From Lepidodermella squamata (lineage: Eukaryota; Animalia; Gastrotricha), in contig JBLDXI010000009.1 in NCBI GenBank assembly GCA_047495785.1, forward strand, positions 4,278,001 to 4,342,000: 64,000 nt of DNA, written 5' to 3'. This document shows, piece by piece, positions 43,179-56,629 of this stretch. Position 1 is the stretch's first letter, and every line of letters starts with the position of its first letter. Under the pieces are notes generated by a model. It was not told the DNA's origin. It did no database searches and worked only from the letters and a program-made list of their open reading frames with translations. The position numbers and the translations under genes are program-made.

Positions 43179-44159
43179 TAAATTTCAGGCGGCTTAAAAC
43201 TTGAGTGCATTTCCAAGAGTATTGAGCTTCGACTGGATAGGCCAACTAGTGGTAGTCAACGGTTCTGTCACACTGTAAACAGTACATTCGATGGCCTCTT
43301 ATTAGCAGCATGACATCACGAATTCATTATGCATGTGTAAATATGCGATAATGCGATATAGCAATAACTAGGGGTAAGTATAGGCTGAATGCAGAACAAT
43401 TAACTGCATAGCAATGCTGATAATGTAACGCATATTTTTTGCCTTCGTGGTCAAAAAAATGACATACCTTCTCGCAAGATTGGCAGAGTAGGTAGTATTC
43501 TCAGTTGTACGTGAGTCCATTCATCCGCATTTAAATAGGATTGGTTCGCCGCACTTGGTAGAGGATAGTTAAGAGGGATGAAACTCCTACGGGTAGTACT
43601 CTATCGCCGTTTCACCTCTCCACGGATGAATTTTGTCATCTTTCAGCAAAAATGAATTGTACGTACCCATTCACTAAAATTGCTGCCTAGGGGTAGATTG
43701 TTCGATGCGATTCGATGCCTATTGTAGAACAATGGTCACCAACGAGTTCAGGCCGAGAATGCGCGCTCTGGCAAGAGATGCCCACTATAATAGAATGAGA
43801 TTCAATGCGTACCTTCAAACTCGACTTTGAAGGTGTAGCCGTATGTTTCAGTAGTGGGGTTTACAAAATATAATGAGTAGCAAATTCCTGTCGGAACATA
43901 CTGAGACGCTCATATCCTTTTCTAGGCCCTGAGCGTAAACTGGAACCCATATTGAGGTATGAATGCTGGAGCTAAGGCCAGGTACTCGCAGCTTTCCAGT
44001 CCATTACCCGCAAAGTACCAATATTGTTTTAGCGGCTTGTTCGACCGCAGGCCGAAAGCCTGAAAACCGAATATCGCTGGGGATCTATAGGGAGCGAGTC
44101 CACCTCCCATCTCTCCTCCTGGTCCCCTTAAAACCGCGTAAGCGAACACGGAGTGTGTG

Positions 44160-44235
44160 TCGGCCATGGTGGCTCAGAGGTTGTAGCCGTGCCTTCTCAG
44201 AAAGGCAGCCCGGGTTCAATCCCCGGGTACGACAC
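44160..44235 (+). repeat. tRNA-derived sequence (pseudo-tRNA or SINE head)
   Basis: Pol III A box TGGCTCAGAGG and B box GGTTCAATCCC at tRNA spacing, with a TGCCTT/AAGGCA stem; irregular anticodon loop. Confidence 0.5.
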
Positions 44236-44447
44236 TTTTCGAGCACTCGTGTAGCGCGTTACAGGATCGAACTTTGTAGAGGCTATACCTGTTCACCACA
44301 AGTCCCCCGCCCTAGGAGAAATCCACTTTTCAAGCAAAAAATGGAATGTGTTACTGCAGCTTTCTTTATTTATACTGCTAAGTTTTCATTCATCACCTCA
44401 TGAAAAACATAATGTGAAACAGTTTATTTATTGGCGTCCATGCGATC

Positions 44448-45561
44448 CTAGGCGGCTGGCTGTATTTCATTCGAGCTATTTTTGCTTGCACTGATTTGAT
44501 TTTTTGGCGATTTTCTCGAACATCTCGTCATAGGTCTGACAATTGTGTTAACAAGCAGAGTTACCAAAGACTCTAATTGGGAGCAGAGAATTGAAAACAT
44601 GGCGATGCCACCATAGGTATAGATTGACAGATAGAACTTGTAAATACTCATTTTTCCAAACGTATCAACAGCTGCCGTCATTTTCTGGCCAGCGACAACA
44701 TCTCCGAAACCTGGATGATAAATGCCGATTATAGTTTTGACTGCAGGTCTCTTGAAATGCCTTACCTATTGTAGAGAATGCCACAAAGGTGTAGTAGAGA
44801 GAGATGCCGTAACTCCATGTCTCAACATATTGAATGATTCCAGCGGATCCTAAGACCACCACAGCGTAACTAAGGCAAAGGATCGTAATCGTAACTATCC
44901 AAGCTTTCTTGCTCAGGCCAGCGTCATTCTGCCCGGAAGTTTTGGTAAATTTCGGGAGAAACCACCTATGCATTCTCTGTGCTAGATCGTTGACAGTCTC
45001 CCGTAGCCTAGCTGTTGCGCTATTGCATATAGGAATCCCAATTATTGCGTAGAAAAAGCACATAAGCCTCCCGATATATGTAACTGGGGCTAAAGTTCCG
45101 AATCCGATGGTCGTAACCACAGTCTATAATAGCTTGAACGTTAAAATTCGATGTTTGCATTGATATCGACTTACCATACTGAAAAACAAGGCTCCACTCC
45201 AGTCCCATTGAGAAAACGTGGTACTGTTATCGCCATTTTCCGATTTTGGAGTCCTTGAAAACGTGACTATCAAAAATGTCGAAGTCGCATTCGTGAAATA
45301 ATCCATCGCCACAATATCGATGTCTTGAAGTTTGGATCTTGACATTTGCTGCTCGAGTTGAGTGATATCAACAGCTACAGTTTCTGTAGTGATTTGACTA
45401 AGCTGGTTGCTTTCTGATTTCGCCTTTTCAAGCTCGTAAGGATGCTCGCAGTAGTGGAAGATGGCCGATCCAACTAGGAGCCAAATGCTGAGGAGGGCGT
45501 AAGAAGCAGAAACGGATAATCGTTCTTCGCACAGCGATGGTCTATATTCGTTGTCACTCAT
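44448..45561 (-). CDS. K2P potassium channel 12 (~335 aa; paralog of gene 11)
   Basis: Exons 45561-45175, 45123-44766, 44710-44448; TTIGFGT / TIG|FGDVVAG; exon sizes are identical to those of gene 11. Confidence 0.92.
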
Positions 45562-46081
45562 AATTTTCCTGTCGGCTCATAACTTGATAATGCAATAAAG
45601 TGCATTAAACCTGAGCAGCCACCTATTGGAAATCAATGATATTTGCACGGATATAAGTAATTCGATGGTCCTCAAAATTTAATTTTTAGAGGGTGCGATT
45701 TATCAGGACATCGTCGTGTTATACGTTTTCATGGGGTTACTGTAATAGATTACAGTGATATATGAGATTTTCTCGTGAACAATAAAAACTGGGTGGCTCC
45801 CATAGCAGCTTCTTTCAAACGCAACGTGAGGTATAGAAATATGCATAATAATTCACTGCCTAGCAATACTATCGCACCGTGTTTTATGCCTTCGTGGTCA
45901 TAAAATATGCATATCTTCTCGTTAGTTTGACTCAGTAGTAATCGTAAAAGCGCGTGAGCCTATTCACCTGCAGCTAAATAGGATTATTTTGCTACGCTAC
46001 TGCTACTCAATTCATGTTTTACTCAATGAGATTAAAATCAAATAGTAAACAATCCTGATTTTTTATTTACAGATGAAATCA

Positions 46082-47300
46082 TCATTCAGAAATGTCTGAG
46101 GGGCAGCTGCGAATCCGTATTTCTTCAGGCAACAAATCATTCTTTTCTCGGCATTTCCGTCTTAGACAAATACAGCAACATGACGCAACGATGTGATCAA
46201 CAAATTTTTCGAAAATTTTCTCAAGTGACCCTAAGATGATTGACGCAAGGGCCATTCCAACAAACGTAAACATGGAGACGTAAATTCTGTAAGCATTACG
46301 CCAGTATAAGTCAGATATTCCATCCGAAGTGTTGTGTCCTGCAATCATGTCTCCAAAACCTTGAAAAAATGAATGCTTAAATTATATTAGCGTGCATATA
46401 GTTTAGTTACTGACCTATTGTTGACACGGTAATGAAGCAGTAGTAAAGAGTGGATTTGAAAGTCCAGTTTTCGACGAAGCTAATCAGCAGACAGCTTGCT
46501 ATCATGAAACTCGCATATGCTGATGCAAGTATACTATAAGCTGCTAGTATAGATTTGACCCTCAAAGCATCTAGGGAAGCATCAGATGGTTTTTCAGAAA
46601 TAGCCATTTTCGAATACCAGATTTCAAATAGCTTTTGGTTGATGACATCGGCTAGTAGCTGAATATTGGTCCTGATTCGCTTTATGACACCGAAACAGAT
46701 AGGAATTCCGAATATGGCGTACAAAACGCAGACAATTTTCCCAGATTCGGTCGAAGGGGCGAAGTTCCCGTATCCGATTGTCGTCACAACGGTCTGATTC
46801 ACAGAAAAAATGAGAACTCCGATCATATAGAGGAGAACGTAACTTACCAGGCTGAAGAAAAGTGATCCCGTATAGCTCCACTTCTGGACACCCTCCTCTA
46901 CAGCCGCAATCTGATTCTGGGTTTCATTCGTGGCTACCGAGCTTGTTGGAGTCGGCAGAACACTCAGTTTGATGTAAGTCACATTCGCATAGGTTGAGGT
47001 CTTGTTCTCGAAGCGATCCACCACAATATGGCTAACATTGTCCAGGAGGAAGCCGAGAGCGGACAACGGCGGGTTACTTTGGCCTCCGAGGTCTACGATG
47101 AATGACCTTGATTCTAATCGAATTTTCTTCGGAGTAGCCGGGCCTTGAGTCAATGGATCTTGGGTCGGCTCAGGAATGAATAAGCTCGGGGTCTCAACTT
47201 TGTTGAAAATGACCATTCCGAGGCTGAGGTAAAGGATTAAGATGACAAAGCTCACGACAGTCGCAAGTCTAGACCGGCATAAAATTTGGTGGGAATTCAT
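46082..47300 (-). CDS. K2P potassium channel 13 (~369 aa)
   Basis: Exons 47300-46848, 46793-46415, 46359-46082; TTIGYGN / TIG|FGDMIAG. Confidence 0.92.
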
Positions 47301-47548
47301 CTTTCAGGCGATTTTTTTTAGAAAATAAAAACTGAGAACTCCACGCCAGTTTAGTTAAATAAGAGCCTGGTATTTACAGATCGGCTTTACTCTCAATCAT
47401 AAATAAGTGTGAGAGTTTGACACTCGCAGCCAATCGATAATAGCCCTCTCGGAAAGAGAAAAACTCTCCAGGGATTTGCATTTTTTCACATTTCAAACAA
47501 TGCGCATAAGGGCAATTAAACAATCGAGGTATTATGAGCGGGATTTGG

Positions 47549-48656
47549 TCAATCAGCGGGCAGTCCTTTATTGTCAATAGCCGGCTTACTAACAACGCAT
47601 GACGCTGGATTACTGAGGGATTTTATGGTTCGATTAACTATCCAGGCGAATGATTTCTCGAGTAAGGCCAGAAGCACCGCTGTCCATGAAATGCCGAGAA
47701 ATACGTATAGAGTGAGGAAAATACGGTACATGATATGAACTGGCAAATTGTTGACAGTTTGCTTCTTTTGCCCGGCTAGTAAATCACCAAAGCCTATATC
47801 ACAATAAATTGAAAAATCCGTTTAATTTAGCAACTAGGAACTCACCTATTGTAGTCACTGTAATGAAAGTGTAATAAAGCGAGGAGAGGTAAGTCCATTC
47901 TTCGACATAGCAAATAACAGCCGAAGTCCCGAAAATGAAAGCCGTGTAAATTGCGATGAAAATTGAGTAGGTTGAAAACCACGCGAAATTATCATTAAAA
48001 TTCTTCTTTGTCACGTGATAATGAAGGAAGGGCACCTCAACAGACTCTAAATGCTCTGATTCTATATAGGAAAGAATCATTTGCTGAGTTTGATTCGCCC
48101 TATATTCAATCATGTCCTTCATCCGCCCAATGGCGTGTAAACATATCGGAATCCCAAATATCGAGTAGAGTGAGCAAAGAATCTTCCCTAAGTCAGTCGA
48201 GGGAGATAAATGGCCGTAGCCTATTGTTGTAACAATCGTCTGAAAATGTGGCTTTAGAACATCTTTGCGATTTTATATAAGACTTACGATGCAGAAAAGT
48301 AAGGAACCGCTAACATCCCATTTAGCAGTTCGGCTTGCAGAGTCCTCTCCTGCCCGTCTGTATTCAATAGTCACGTAACTTGAGGTGAAATTTTTGAAAG
48401 TCTCAACCGAGACGACATCGATATCTCGCAGCAATTCCGAGTAAGGATTTTGCCGTATCTTGAAAACATCGAGCGTTAACTTATTCGTGTTATTGCCACG
48501 TCGAGCTGGAGCATGATCTTCATTCTCAGACGGACACTCAACGTAATGAAAGATGAAAGCTCCGAAAACAGACCATGAAATGAGTACCAAATATGTTATG
48601 AAAATTGCGTTGCGAATTTCGTTCATACTCGCAAGTTTGAGCGGCTCGTCAGCCAT
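47549..48656 (-). CDS. K2P potassium channel 14 (~335 aa)
   Basis: Exons 48656-48288, 48239-47846, 47793-47549; TTIGYGH / TIG|FGDLLAG. Confidence 0.9.
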
Positions 48657-48846
48657 TTTCCAGACCCTTCTGCTTGAGAGACAAATGCATTTCCTTCCGC
48701 TTCCATCTTAAAACTGTATCTATATCACTGTTTACCTAGATTCGGTTGAAATGCGATGAATGCATCAGCTGTAACACTCAGGATTATTTTCACTTTTTGT
48801 TTACTCAATGAACCCTGTAGCATTAACATAAAAGGGGGTCGTGCAG

Positions 48847-49963
48847 TCAAAAATCATTGTCATATCGAGACTTGGTGCGACCCAGAGGTGTATGAGAGTT
48901 ATCTAAGGAGGTTTCGCCATCACCGCGTTTTTTGAAGCAAGTCTTCAAGAGAATTAGATTCACCAGCTTCTCGCAAAGATACTCTAAAACACCGAGGATA
49001 ACTGAAGTGAAGGCCATTCCAATGAAGACGTAGACACATAAGAAAATCCGATAAACATTTAGGGCAGAATAGTTCGAAAGAACCTCCAACCTCTGTCCGG
49101 CCACCAAGTCGCCAAAACCTGATAACGAATTTTAGATGAAACTTCACCTAAAAGTTCAATCCTTACCTATCGTTGTAATGGTGATGAAGTTGTAGTAGAG
49201 TGCCGATAGGAAGGACCATTTCTCGACGTAACTCATGAATGCTGAGACGGATAATACGAGAGTAACGAAAAAAGTGACCAAGATGAAATATGCCAACACC
49301 AATAGTCTAAATTCGTGTTGATTATGGATCACATGCACTGCGATGTTTCGGCGGAACCTATGCTTTGAGCGGAATAGGCGGCACAGATTTCGATGAATAT
49401 CGTTCACGTGAAAGTGGATTAAGTCTCTCAGGCGGCTTAAAGCATGTGAGCATAGTGGGATTCCTATCACCGCATAGAAGGTCACTGTAACTTTGCCAAG
49501 GTCAGTAGCGGGCGCTAAGTGGCCATATCCTATCGTTGAAATTACAGTCTTCAAAACATGAACAACTAAAATTCTCATCTTTCTTGGAGAATGAACTTAC
49601 GAAGCAAAATAGAAGCGATCCCATTATGTCCCATTGGTATGCCTCGAAGTGATCATCCTCGTGATGTGAACCTTTCGTCGCCGCAAAAGTAAGTTCGACA
49701 TATCTCGATGTTTCATTCCGGAAGAACCTGATTTGAATTGCATCGAAACCAGACAGTTTTAATCTATCCCCATCGCTGTTCGTATCAAAAATAACCGTGA
49801 AATTCTCAGTTTTCTCATGCGAAGGTGAAACCACTGGCGACTCTATGTAGTGGAAGATTATCGCTCCAAAAAGTCCCCAAACGCCTAGAACAAGTAGGCT
49901 GATGAAAAGTGATGTTCGAATAGCCCATAGATTGGGCCTTTTCTGCGTCTCTCCAGAGTCCAT
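48847..49963 (-). CDS. K2P potassium channel 15 (~338 aa)
   Basis: Exons 49963-49601, 49548-49167, 49118-48847; STIGYGH / TIG|FGDLVAG. Confidence 0.92.
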
Positions 49964-50143
49964 CCTGGAACAAGTGCTTCATACTAGCTGTTCTCAAAGG
50001 CGCCGGCGCACGTCAAGTAGAACGCCTCCTTATTTGCACAAATCTGAAGTGCCGCTTGCAACTAGGGTCAAATCAAGCGAATCCGCAAGAGAAAAAAACC
50101 AAGTAATCAGGTCGCGGTCACTACCAGCTTTTATTACAAAATA

Positions 50144-51271
50144 TCAAATCGACGAAACATATTGTTGCGCTTTATCCCATTTCAACTCCTCAACTTCTTC
50201 GATGGGCTCTTTCACGGGTTTAGGACCTAGTCTGAAGCAGATGGCAGTTTTTAGCTCATTCACGAACCATCCGTACAGCTTCAAAAGACCAGTTAGACTC
50301 ATCAGAGAGAGCACCCCACCGTAGAAGATGATTGCGATAAGGAACAGGCGATATACGATCAGCAGAGTGGGATCGGCAAAGTTCTCGCTTTTCTTACCGG
50401 CAATCATCTCCCCAAATCCTGAAATATTGGATAGAACACCGCTCAATTTTTGAAAAATTGTATGGCTCACCTATAGTCGAGATCGTAGAAAAAACGAAAT
50501 ACAAACTGTCGACGATGTTCCAATTTTCCAAATGAGAGATTAAAGCCGAAGTACCGAGAACAAAACCGAGTGTGAACAATAGAAAAATAAAAACGAAAAA
50601 TGCTGTAATTTTGACTTTAAGCCTCGTCCTAGCTGCCTGAAGCCGTCGTTTGAGATTCGGGCCAAGAAACTCTTCCTCACAGGGTATCGCTTGAACTGGG
50701 TCATGTGCGGTGTAGATTTTGTTGAAAATTATGCCAGAATATAGGAAAACTGTGTTTTGAACCTGCCAGATCGCGTGGAAGCACAATGGGATACCAATAA
50801 TTGCGTATGGTATTGTTAGGACTTTTCCTAATTCACTCGTAGGAAAAAGGTGTCCGTAACCAATTGTTGTCATAATAGTCTAAATTTTCTAGGAGTTATT
50901 CAGAATCCTTTGTAGGCAGAGTTCAAAATACTTACGAAGCAAAAGAGAAGTGAGCCACTGAAGTCCCACTTCGTCTCAGCATCCTCGTCTTTAAAATGAG
51001 TTACCTCGGAGAATTGGATTATTACGTAACTTCCAGTCTCGTTTACAAGAATTCGAGCTGAAGTTAAGCTGACAGAGGGCATAATCGGCAAGACTGTATC
51101 ATTCTGGGAGTTTTTGATGGCCAGTGTTCGAATTTTCGGGCGAGAATGGCTCGTGTCCATCTGCGATTCAAGCATGCTGAAGACAGCGGCGCCTACAACA
51201 GCCCAAGCGGCTAAAATCGAACAGCTCAGGCAAAGAGCAGCCTCAACTTCGTACTTTTGCCTCTGTTTCAT
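50144..51271 (-). CDS. K2P potassium channel 16 (~339 aa)
   Basis: Exons 51271-50936, 50879-50471, 50418-50144; TTIGYGH / TIG|FGEMIAG. Confidence 0.9.
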
Positions 51272-51610
51272 ATCTCAGATTGATGATGGTCAGGCGAGAC
51301 AAAGAAATGCAACGAGCACAACTGAGACATTTAATCTGTTTGCCTGTGCGCGCGCATCCGTCGATGGCCCTTGGCCACGGCACTCGTAGCTGTCAAGTAT
51401 CCATGACTCCATTATCTTAACTCATTGCGCTTTGTTTGCTTGGGATTCAGAGATAACCAAATTACGGATTTAGAAATAATCTGCTGAAAATAGGAGAGCT
51501 TATATGCAGGTCACGTTAGCCATTTTTTACTAAGAATAGCATCCAGCTTCCTTGCGACAAAAATTAAATTGAGATAAGACAAACCATCCTATATTTGATG
51601 AAATCATCTA

Positions 51611-52868
51611 TCAGCTTATAACATTCGCAACATTTTCTGATGGATAAATTCCGTTTTCATTTGTAGCGTAACTTTTCTGTTGATCAGTTTCCACAATTGT
51701 TGGCACTCGCCTCCTCAGACAGCATCTCAGCATCGCACGGGCGAATTTGGTAATGTACTTGTTAGCTAGCCCTTCCATTTCGGACATCATGACTGACGTG
51801 AAGGCCATTCCGAAAAACACGAAAGTTGCTAGGAATAACCGGTATAAAGTGAAAGAACCATAAGACGCAAATAGCTCCATTTGTTGACCACCGACCAAAT
51901 CGCCAAAACCTATGAGAAAACTGAGTCAACTAAACTTCAAGCGTAGAATACTCCCTTACCTATAGACATGACAGTGATAACGCTGTAGTAGAGAGATGCA
52001 ACGTAACTCCATTTCTCGACGTTTTGAAAAATTCCAGAAATCATGAGCAGAAGTAGTAGATAGGTTAGGATTAGCAGGAAATAGGTCATTAGCCATAGCC
52101 TGGTCTTAATTTTGGTATTACCCCGCCCTGGCACTTCATCAACAGCGGCATTTAGCTCGTTCGAACTAGCAAATCGATCGGCCTGTAGCTCAATCCAAGT
52201 TCCTTCGTTTCGATTCAGGATCTTCAAATAAAGCTTCCTGATCAGACGAAACAGTCCAAGGGCGAATTCTCGACAGAATTTTCTCAGTCGAGATATGACA
52301 TTTAGGGCAAGGGGTATGCCAATAATTGCGTAGAAAACACACCAAACTCGACCAGCATCAGTTCTAGGCGCCAAGTTACCGTATCCTACAGTTGTTACTA
52401 TGGTCTGAAAATTAGCCCTCAAGTTTCGCGGCATGAGCTGTGACGAAATTGACTTACAGTACTGAAGAACAATGACCCAGCCAAGTCCCATCGAGTCGTA
52501 GTTTTGTTCTTGCTAGGAACCACTGGTGCTCGCGTGAAAGTGACATTGAAAAAGTTGGACGAGCCATTTTGGAAAGTTGCTATCGATATGATGTTGACAC
52601 CTTCAATAAGGAAAGCCCCGAGGCCATTCGACGTGAGATTTGTGTCAATAACTAAATTTTCAATCTTTCCCTGCGGCTGCTTGCTCACTGCAGTTGGATC
52701 GGCTGAAAGCATAAGGTAGTCATCGGTATTTTTTGACTCAATGTAATGGAATGAGACCATCCCAAGGCACAGCCATAGCATGAAGATGAGATAGCTAACA
52801 GCATTTGCTGTTCGGATTTCGCCTATAGACAGCGGAGTTGTAGAAACTGTGCTGCTATCCTGTGTCAT
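51611..52868 (-). CDS. K2P potassium channel 17 (~384 aa)
   Basis: Exons 52868-52458, 52404-51960, 51909-51611; TTVGYGN / MSIG|FGDLVGG. Confidence 0.9.
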
Positions 52869-53079
52869 AGTCGTATTTCTGAGAGCAGTAAAAAGCTGAC
52901 AGTATACACGCGGTCTGCATATTAGCACTTCTACTACTATTACTACTATACGTGCTATAGATGTGAGCTGAAAAGCAGGCTCAAATTAATCACTACGTCT
53001 TTATACGTGTGCATACGTGCAAACACACGATTCTTTCATGAATATAGGGCGCGCATTACATTAGCAAGGTGGAGAGTTT

Positions 53080-54171
53080 TTATTGAAGCCTATCGCCCAA
53101 CGGTTCACAGATTTTAGCGTCATTTTCTGCTGAAAAGTTATCAGTTTCTTTCGTTTCTTCAGCATGAATAATTTCTTCCATGGAACTCTGACCGCGACAC
53201 ATTAGCAAGACGGCTTTGTTGATTAGGAATTCGACCAGCTTCTCCAATTCGTGAAGTATCATTGAGGCGAAAGCAATACCGCCGAAAACGATGAAAGATA
53301 GGAAGATTCGGTAAATGCAGACCGCAACGATGCTGCTGAAAACATCCATCTGCTGGCCAGCAATCATGTCACCAAATCCTAATTCAATTCTTTTAAATTC
53401 GTTTCTATATGCTGTGAAAATCGTACCTATTGTTGTTACTGTTACGAAGAGGTAGTAGACTGTATCGAGAAAATCCCAATTTTCAATCCAGCTTATCAAC
53501 CACGATAACAAGGTGACCAAACAATGGTAGGCCAGTACTAGAATCAGACCGGTAACGGTCCACGTTCGAAAAATCGACCCGGCACGAAACTTCGCGGCCG
53601 ATTTCTCGAAGATTCTTTTGTGGATGTGAGATGAGAGTCGAAGGACTGCTTTTCTTATTTGCCCAACCACATTGAAACAAAGCGGGATTCCGATGACTGC
53701 GAACCAAACGCATATCACTCGACCGGCTGTTGTTACAGGGTACAGATTGCCGTAGCCAATCGTCGTCACAACAGTCTATCAAATTTTTCCTTTAGAAAGA
53801 ACATTTTTTCTGTTAGAACTCACCAAACTGAAGAAAAAGGAACCCAATAAGTCCCATTTCGATGTTGTCTGAGCACTGCCAGGTTTGATGAAGGTGATAT
53901 TGATGTAGGTCGAAGTGATATTGGTGAAGACCTTTGCGGATATCAATTTGACTGGTCCGATATCGGGAATAGTATAATCGGAGTACTCGACCACAATGTT
54001 TTCGGTAGCATTTTGCTCAAGATATTTTTTGTTCTCTGTTTGCTCTCCTGGCGACTCCACAGTATGAAACAATATCATTCCAATACCTAGCCAGATCAGC
54101 AACAGGATATAGCTAAGTAAGAAAGTTGCTCCCGGTAAGGCAACATTTTTCGAGTCTCTGCGACCAATCAT
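53080..54171 (-). CDS. K2P potassium channel 18 (~331 aa)
   Basis: Exons 54171-53824, 53775-53427, 53378-53080; TTIGYGN / TIG|FGDMIAG. Confidence 0.92.
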
Positions 54172-55077
54172 TAAAAATCTCTAAAATTTCCGAAGCACAG
54201 TAAATTTAGCAATGGAACTCTACTTATCGCTCCGCGACAAAAAAGGAGAATTAAATGTTATCGGAAAAAAATAAGACGCCTTATGTTTATGGCTTGGCCT
54301 AAACACAATGGTTAGACATATGGACCCATGGGATGTCAGCTTTATTAGAAGCGGCACTATTCATACTACCGCATAGGATAGATCGATTTTATTTCCGTAA
54401 AAATGACTGGGGCTAGCGAATGATTGCTGATTGACCCAATAATTACATCCGGACTCAATAAATAAATTTGCCTGCTTCGGCCCTTTGGTGCTGATGGTAT
54501 GTGAAATGAAAAGGTATCTAAGTTGCACCAGGGTGATGCATATAAAAATGTCACCCTGATGATAAATCTGTCTTGTTCTTATTTCAAGTACAATTTTATC
54601 AAAGCAACCAAAGGGTAGCCCCGAAGTGTCGCATGGGAAGAAGTCCATTGATTGGCAAGCGCATCAATTTAATGAGGAGTTTTAAAAACTGGGAGAATTC
54701 TTTTTCTAATGAAACTCCTCGTTAAATTTATGCGCACTCCAGTCAATGGACTTCGCCCCTTGTGGCCCGTGGTTTTTTGTGGTCACCCTACAGGAGCTGA
54801 AAATGCGCCATGTTAGAAGGTTCACAGTGAAATTAGGCCTATTCAGAGGGAAATTAGGCAATCTCGGATGGCACGGAATGAAAAAACGAATGGACGATGA
54901 ATGACCGTCGAGGTCCCTTCGCATCTCCTAAAAACTCGGGGAGACACAGCTGAAGAGTGGAAGAAGAAGTGATCCTGTACGCTATTATATGGGAAAACAG
55001 ATTAATTAAAATCCATCTGAAAATAGAAATATATTTCTCTTTTGCATCAATCATATAGGAGAACAGGTTTTGCTTGT

Positions 55078-56184
55078 TTATTGCGATTCCAACAATGCAA
55101 CATCTTTCGATTCTTCAGCTAAATTGTGTTTACAACTCACAACTTCAGCTGGCTTTATAACAGCAATTTCAGACTGGTCTTCGTTTTTACGACGACAAAT
55201 TATCAGCACAAGTTTGTTAACCACACGCTCGGCTAGCTTTTCCAACTCATGAAATATTATCGAGGCGAAAGCCATTCCACAGAAGACGATGAGTGATACT
55301 GATATGCGGTAGAGGCCATATAGCCAAATGTTGGCGAACATCTGCCTCTGCTGGCCCGCGATCATATCCCCAAATCCTAAATATACATTTTATGGAAGTA
55401 CTGGGGAAAAAAGGGGTATTATCGTTACCTATAGTTGACAATGTTACGAAGAGGTAGTAAAGAGTTGCGGGAAATGACCAGTCTTCCACCCAACTGATTA
55501 AGGTGGACGAGCATGTTATGAAAAAATAGTAGAGCACCAGCATCAAAATGGAAGTGATTATCCAGCTGCGTTGATTTATTGGATTGTTCACCGCCCCTTG
55601 CCGCCTTGACGCAAATCTTTGCATCAGAGTAGTGACTCGGCTATTGAGATTATGAGCGAATCTTAACGCGGTCTTTCGGACTTGGCCAATTACGTTGAAG
55701 CACAGTGGAATGCCGATTACGGCAAAAATCACGCAGGCAAATCTTCCTAATTTTGTTGAAGGAAACAAATTGCCATAACCAATTGTTGTCACAACAGTCT
55801 GAATTAAAAAGAAATGTCTCCTTGAATCTCTGTAATCACAGAACTTACCATGCAAAAGAAAAGTGAGCCCGGTAAGTCCCATTTCGTCGGCTCCGTATTG
55901 CAAGTCTCATTCTCTATGAAGGTCACATTGAGGTAGGTCGACGTTTCATTTTTGAATGTTGTAATGGATAAGAGTTTAAGACTTTTCAATGCAAAAGAAG
56001 CTGCGTCCAATTGTGCAACAATCAAACTTTGCACTACTGCCTCGTTGCTGCCCTCTTCTCCTGGAGATTCGATAAGGTGGAACGCTACCATCCCCACCAG
56101 CAGCCATGTTAACAGTAAATGGTAGCTGACGAACAAAGTCGTTCGGGGATAATCGAATCGCTCTGTGCCAGCGTCGCCGATCAT
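55078..56184 (-). CDS. K2P potassium channel 19 (~334 aa)
   Basis: Exons 56184-55849, 55798-55429, 55376-55078; TTIGYGN / TIG|FGDMIAG. Confidence 0.92.
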
Positions 56185-56629
56185 TGTAAATCCGCCATAG
56201 TTTTCTATCTAAAAATCAATACCTATACGAGTAGGTTCTGCTGATTTCGCACTGATGCAGTGGGTAAATACGTATAGATGATAGCTAGTAAAAAAATTAT
56301 AAGAGGGGCACACACATACATAATATAACTCTGAGGTTATTCGTAAATAGATCGCCGCTACTGATCAATCACTCTCGATACCCCTGTTTTCTTAGAGAAA
56401 TACTCTCAGTAAAATATGTATGTTGGCGTAGTGGAGTACATGTATGCATGTGTGAGAAATCGATTTCAGCCTCGTACTTTCTTATATATCCCGCTGCGAG
56501 AAAACATACGTTTACAAGGGTATGAAGCCCGTAATTATCGGCAAATAGCGTATACGATTCCCTATAGAATTTAGCAAATGGCACACAATCAAATTTGCAT
56601 AATTTCAAAAAATGACTTTATTCAGCACC

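Noticed and set aside
43922-44403. 146-aa ORF overlapping the tRNA-like segment
   Set aside because: No domain signal; likely a chance ORF in a GC-richer repeat.
24154-53426. Stop-free 3n introns (genes 2, 4, 13, 18) as programmed retention producing pore-dead subunits
   Set aside because: A handful among 39 introns of ~50 nt is about what chance predicts; no further evidence.
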